DNA from: Mobula hypostoma
Taxonomy: Eukaryota
DNA length: 64,000 bases
Direction: 5' to 3'
Assembly: GCF_963921235.1 (NCBI RefSeq)
Contig: NC_086097.1
Location: 182,716,001-182,780,000, forward strand
The position numbers and the translations under genes are program-made. Position 1 is the stretch's first letter; every line of letters begins with the position of its first letter. The notes under the pieces were generated by a model, which made no database searches, was not told the origin of the DNA, and saw only the letters and a list, made by a program, of their open reading frames with translations. Shown piece after piece: positions 62,686-64,000 of the stretch.

Positions 62686-64000
62686 CAGTGCCTATAAAAA
62701 GTTTTCAGCTTTCTTGTAAGTTCTCAAGTTTTATTGTTTTAAACATTGAATCAGAATGGATTCAATTGGCTTTTTTTGGTACTGGTCAACAGAAAAAGAC
62801 TTTAGTGTTAAAATAAAAACAGATCTCAACAAAGTGATCTAAATTAATTACAAATATAAAACACAAAATAATTGATTGCATCAGTATTCACCCCCCCCCC
62901 TTAATATGACACACCAATCATCTCTGGTGCAGCTAATTGGTTTTAGAAGTCACACAATAGGTTAAATAGATCACCTGTGTGCAGTCAAGGTGTTTTAATT
63001 GATTGTGGTAAAAATACACTTGTATCTGGAAAGTCCAACTGCTGGTGAATCAGTATCCTTTTTTTTTCATTTTTAAATTCTTTGTTAAAGATCAACAAAA
63101 AAATACATTAAGGTAATCAAGTCAATATGTACAATGAAGAATTAAATTTGCAACTAACTGATTAACAAAGCTAAGCAATATATCAATAATAAGAAGAAAA
63201 AAATAAAATATCTTGGCAAAATCAACACCATGAAGACACAAGAACACTCCAAGCAACTCTACGAAAGGGTTATAGAAAAGCATAAGTCAGGAGATGAATA
63301 CAAGAATATTTCCTAGTCACTGAATATTCCTTGGAGTACAGTTAAATCAACCATCAAGAAATGGAAAGAATATGTCACAGTTGTAAATCTGTCTCAAACA
63401 GGCTGCCCTCAAAAACTGAGTGACCGTGCAAGAAGGGAACTAGTGAGGGAGGCCACCAATGACAAGTCTGGAGGGGTTACAAGCTTCAGGGGCTGAGATG
63501 GGAGAGACTGCACATACAACAACTGTTGCCTGGGTGCTTCACCAATCACAGCTTTATGGGATAGTGGCAAAGAGAATGTTATTTTTTTTGCCGGGGGGTG
63601 GGGGGAAGAAAAAAAACTCACATGACATCTCAGCTAGAGTTTGTCAGAAGGCAATGTGGGAGACTGAAGTCAGGTGGAAGAAGGTTTTATGGTCTGATGA
63701 AACCAAAACTGAGCTCTTGGCCATCAAACTAAATGCTATGTTTGGTGTAAGCCAAACACTGCACATGAACAATAACAACTATCCCAACCACGAAGCATGG
63801 AGGCGGCTGCATCGTGCTGTGGAGATGCTTCACTGCAGCAGGCCCTGGACAATGACCCCCAAACATAAAGCCAAAGCTACACAGGAATGGCTCAAAAGCA
63901 ACAAAGTTAATGTCCTGGAGTGGCCAAATCAGAGTCCAGACATCAATCCAATTGAGAATTTGTGGCTGGACCTGAAAGGCTGTTCATTCATGATCCCCAA
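62686..64000 (+). mobile_element. Tc1/mariner (DD34E, IR/DR-type) DNA transposon fossil, runs off the window end
   Basis: TA|CAGTGCCTATAAAAAG terminus; inner repeat AGTATTCACCCC at ~62883. Transposase remnant from ATG 63230 (MKTQEHSKQL...[38 protein letters not shown]...[15 protein letters not shown]) with stops, frameshifts and an internal deletion near 63848. Confidence 0.92.

Overview
Eukaryotic (vertebrate) genomic DNA. The repeat landscape (abundant CR1 LINEs with (TTCTATG)n-type tails, a V-SINE-like relic, Rex1-like fragments, a Tc1 fossil) suggests a cartilaginous fish; this is inference, not proven. Bases 1-28850 are one G-rich ~31-32 bp minisatellite array (~900 units) with kb-scale higher-order duplications. 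Two host genes lie head-to-head. On the minus strand is the large first coding exon of a copper amine oxidase of the AOC1/diamine-oxidase type (30986-32534); its remaining exons are not seen, so the array probably sits in its intron. On the plus strand are three exons of the GATA-type zinc-finger gene ZGLP1 (57586-59133). The rest is nested retroelements plus smaller tandem repeats, including two young, near-identical CR1 copies in inverted orientation. Most notable: several CR1 subfamilies share a T_TTA_AAC slippery heptamer directly before the ORF1 stop, with ORF2 in the -1 frame and, in copy A, no AUG before the endonuclease domain. This suggests programmed -1 ribosomal frameshifting in a LINE. 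Also notable is an Asp two residues before the TPQ tyrosine of the amine oxidase.
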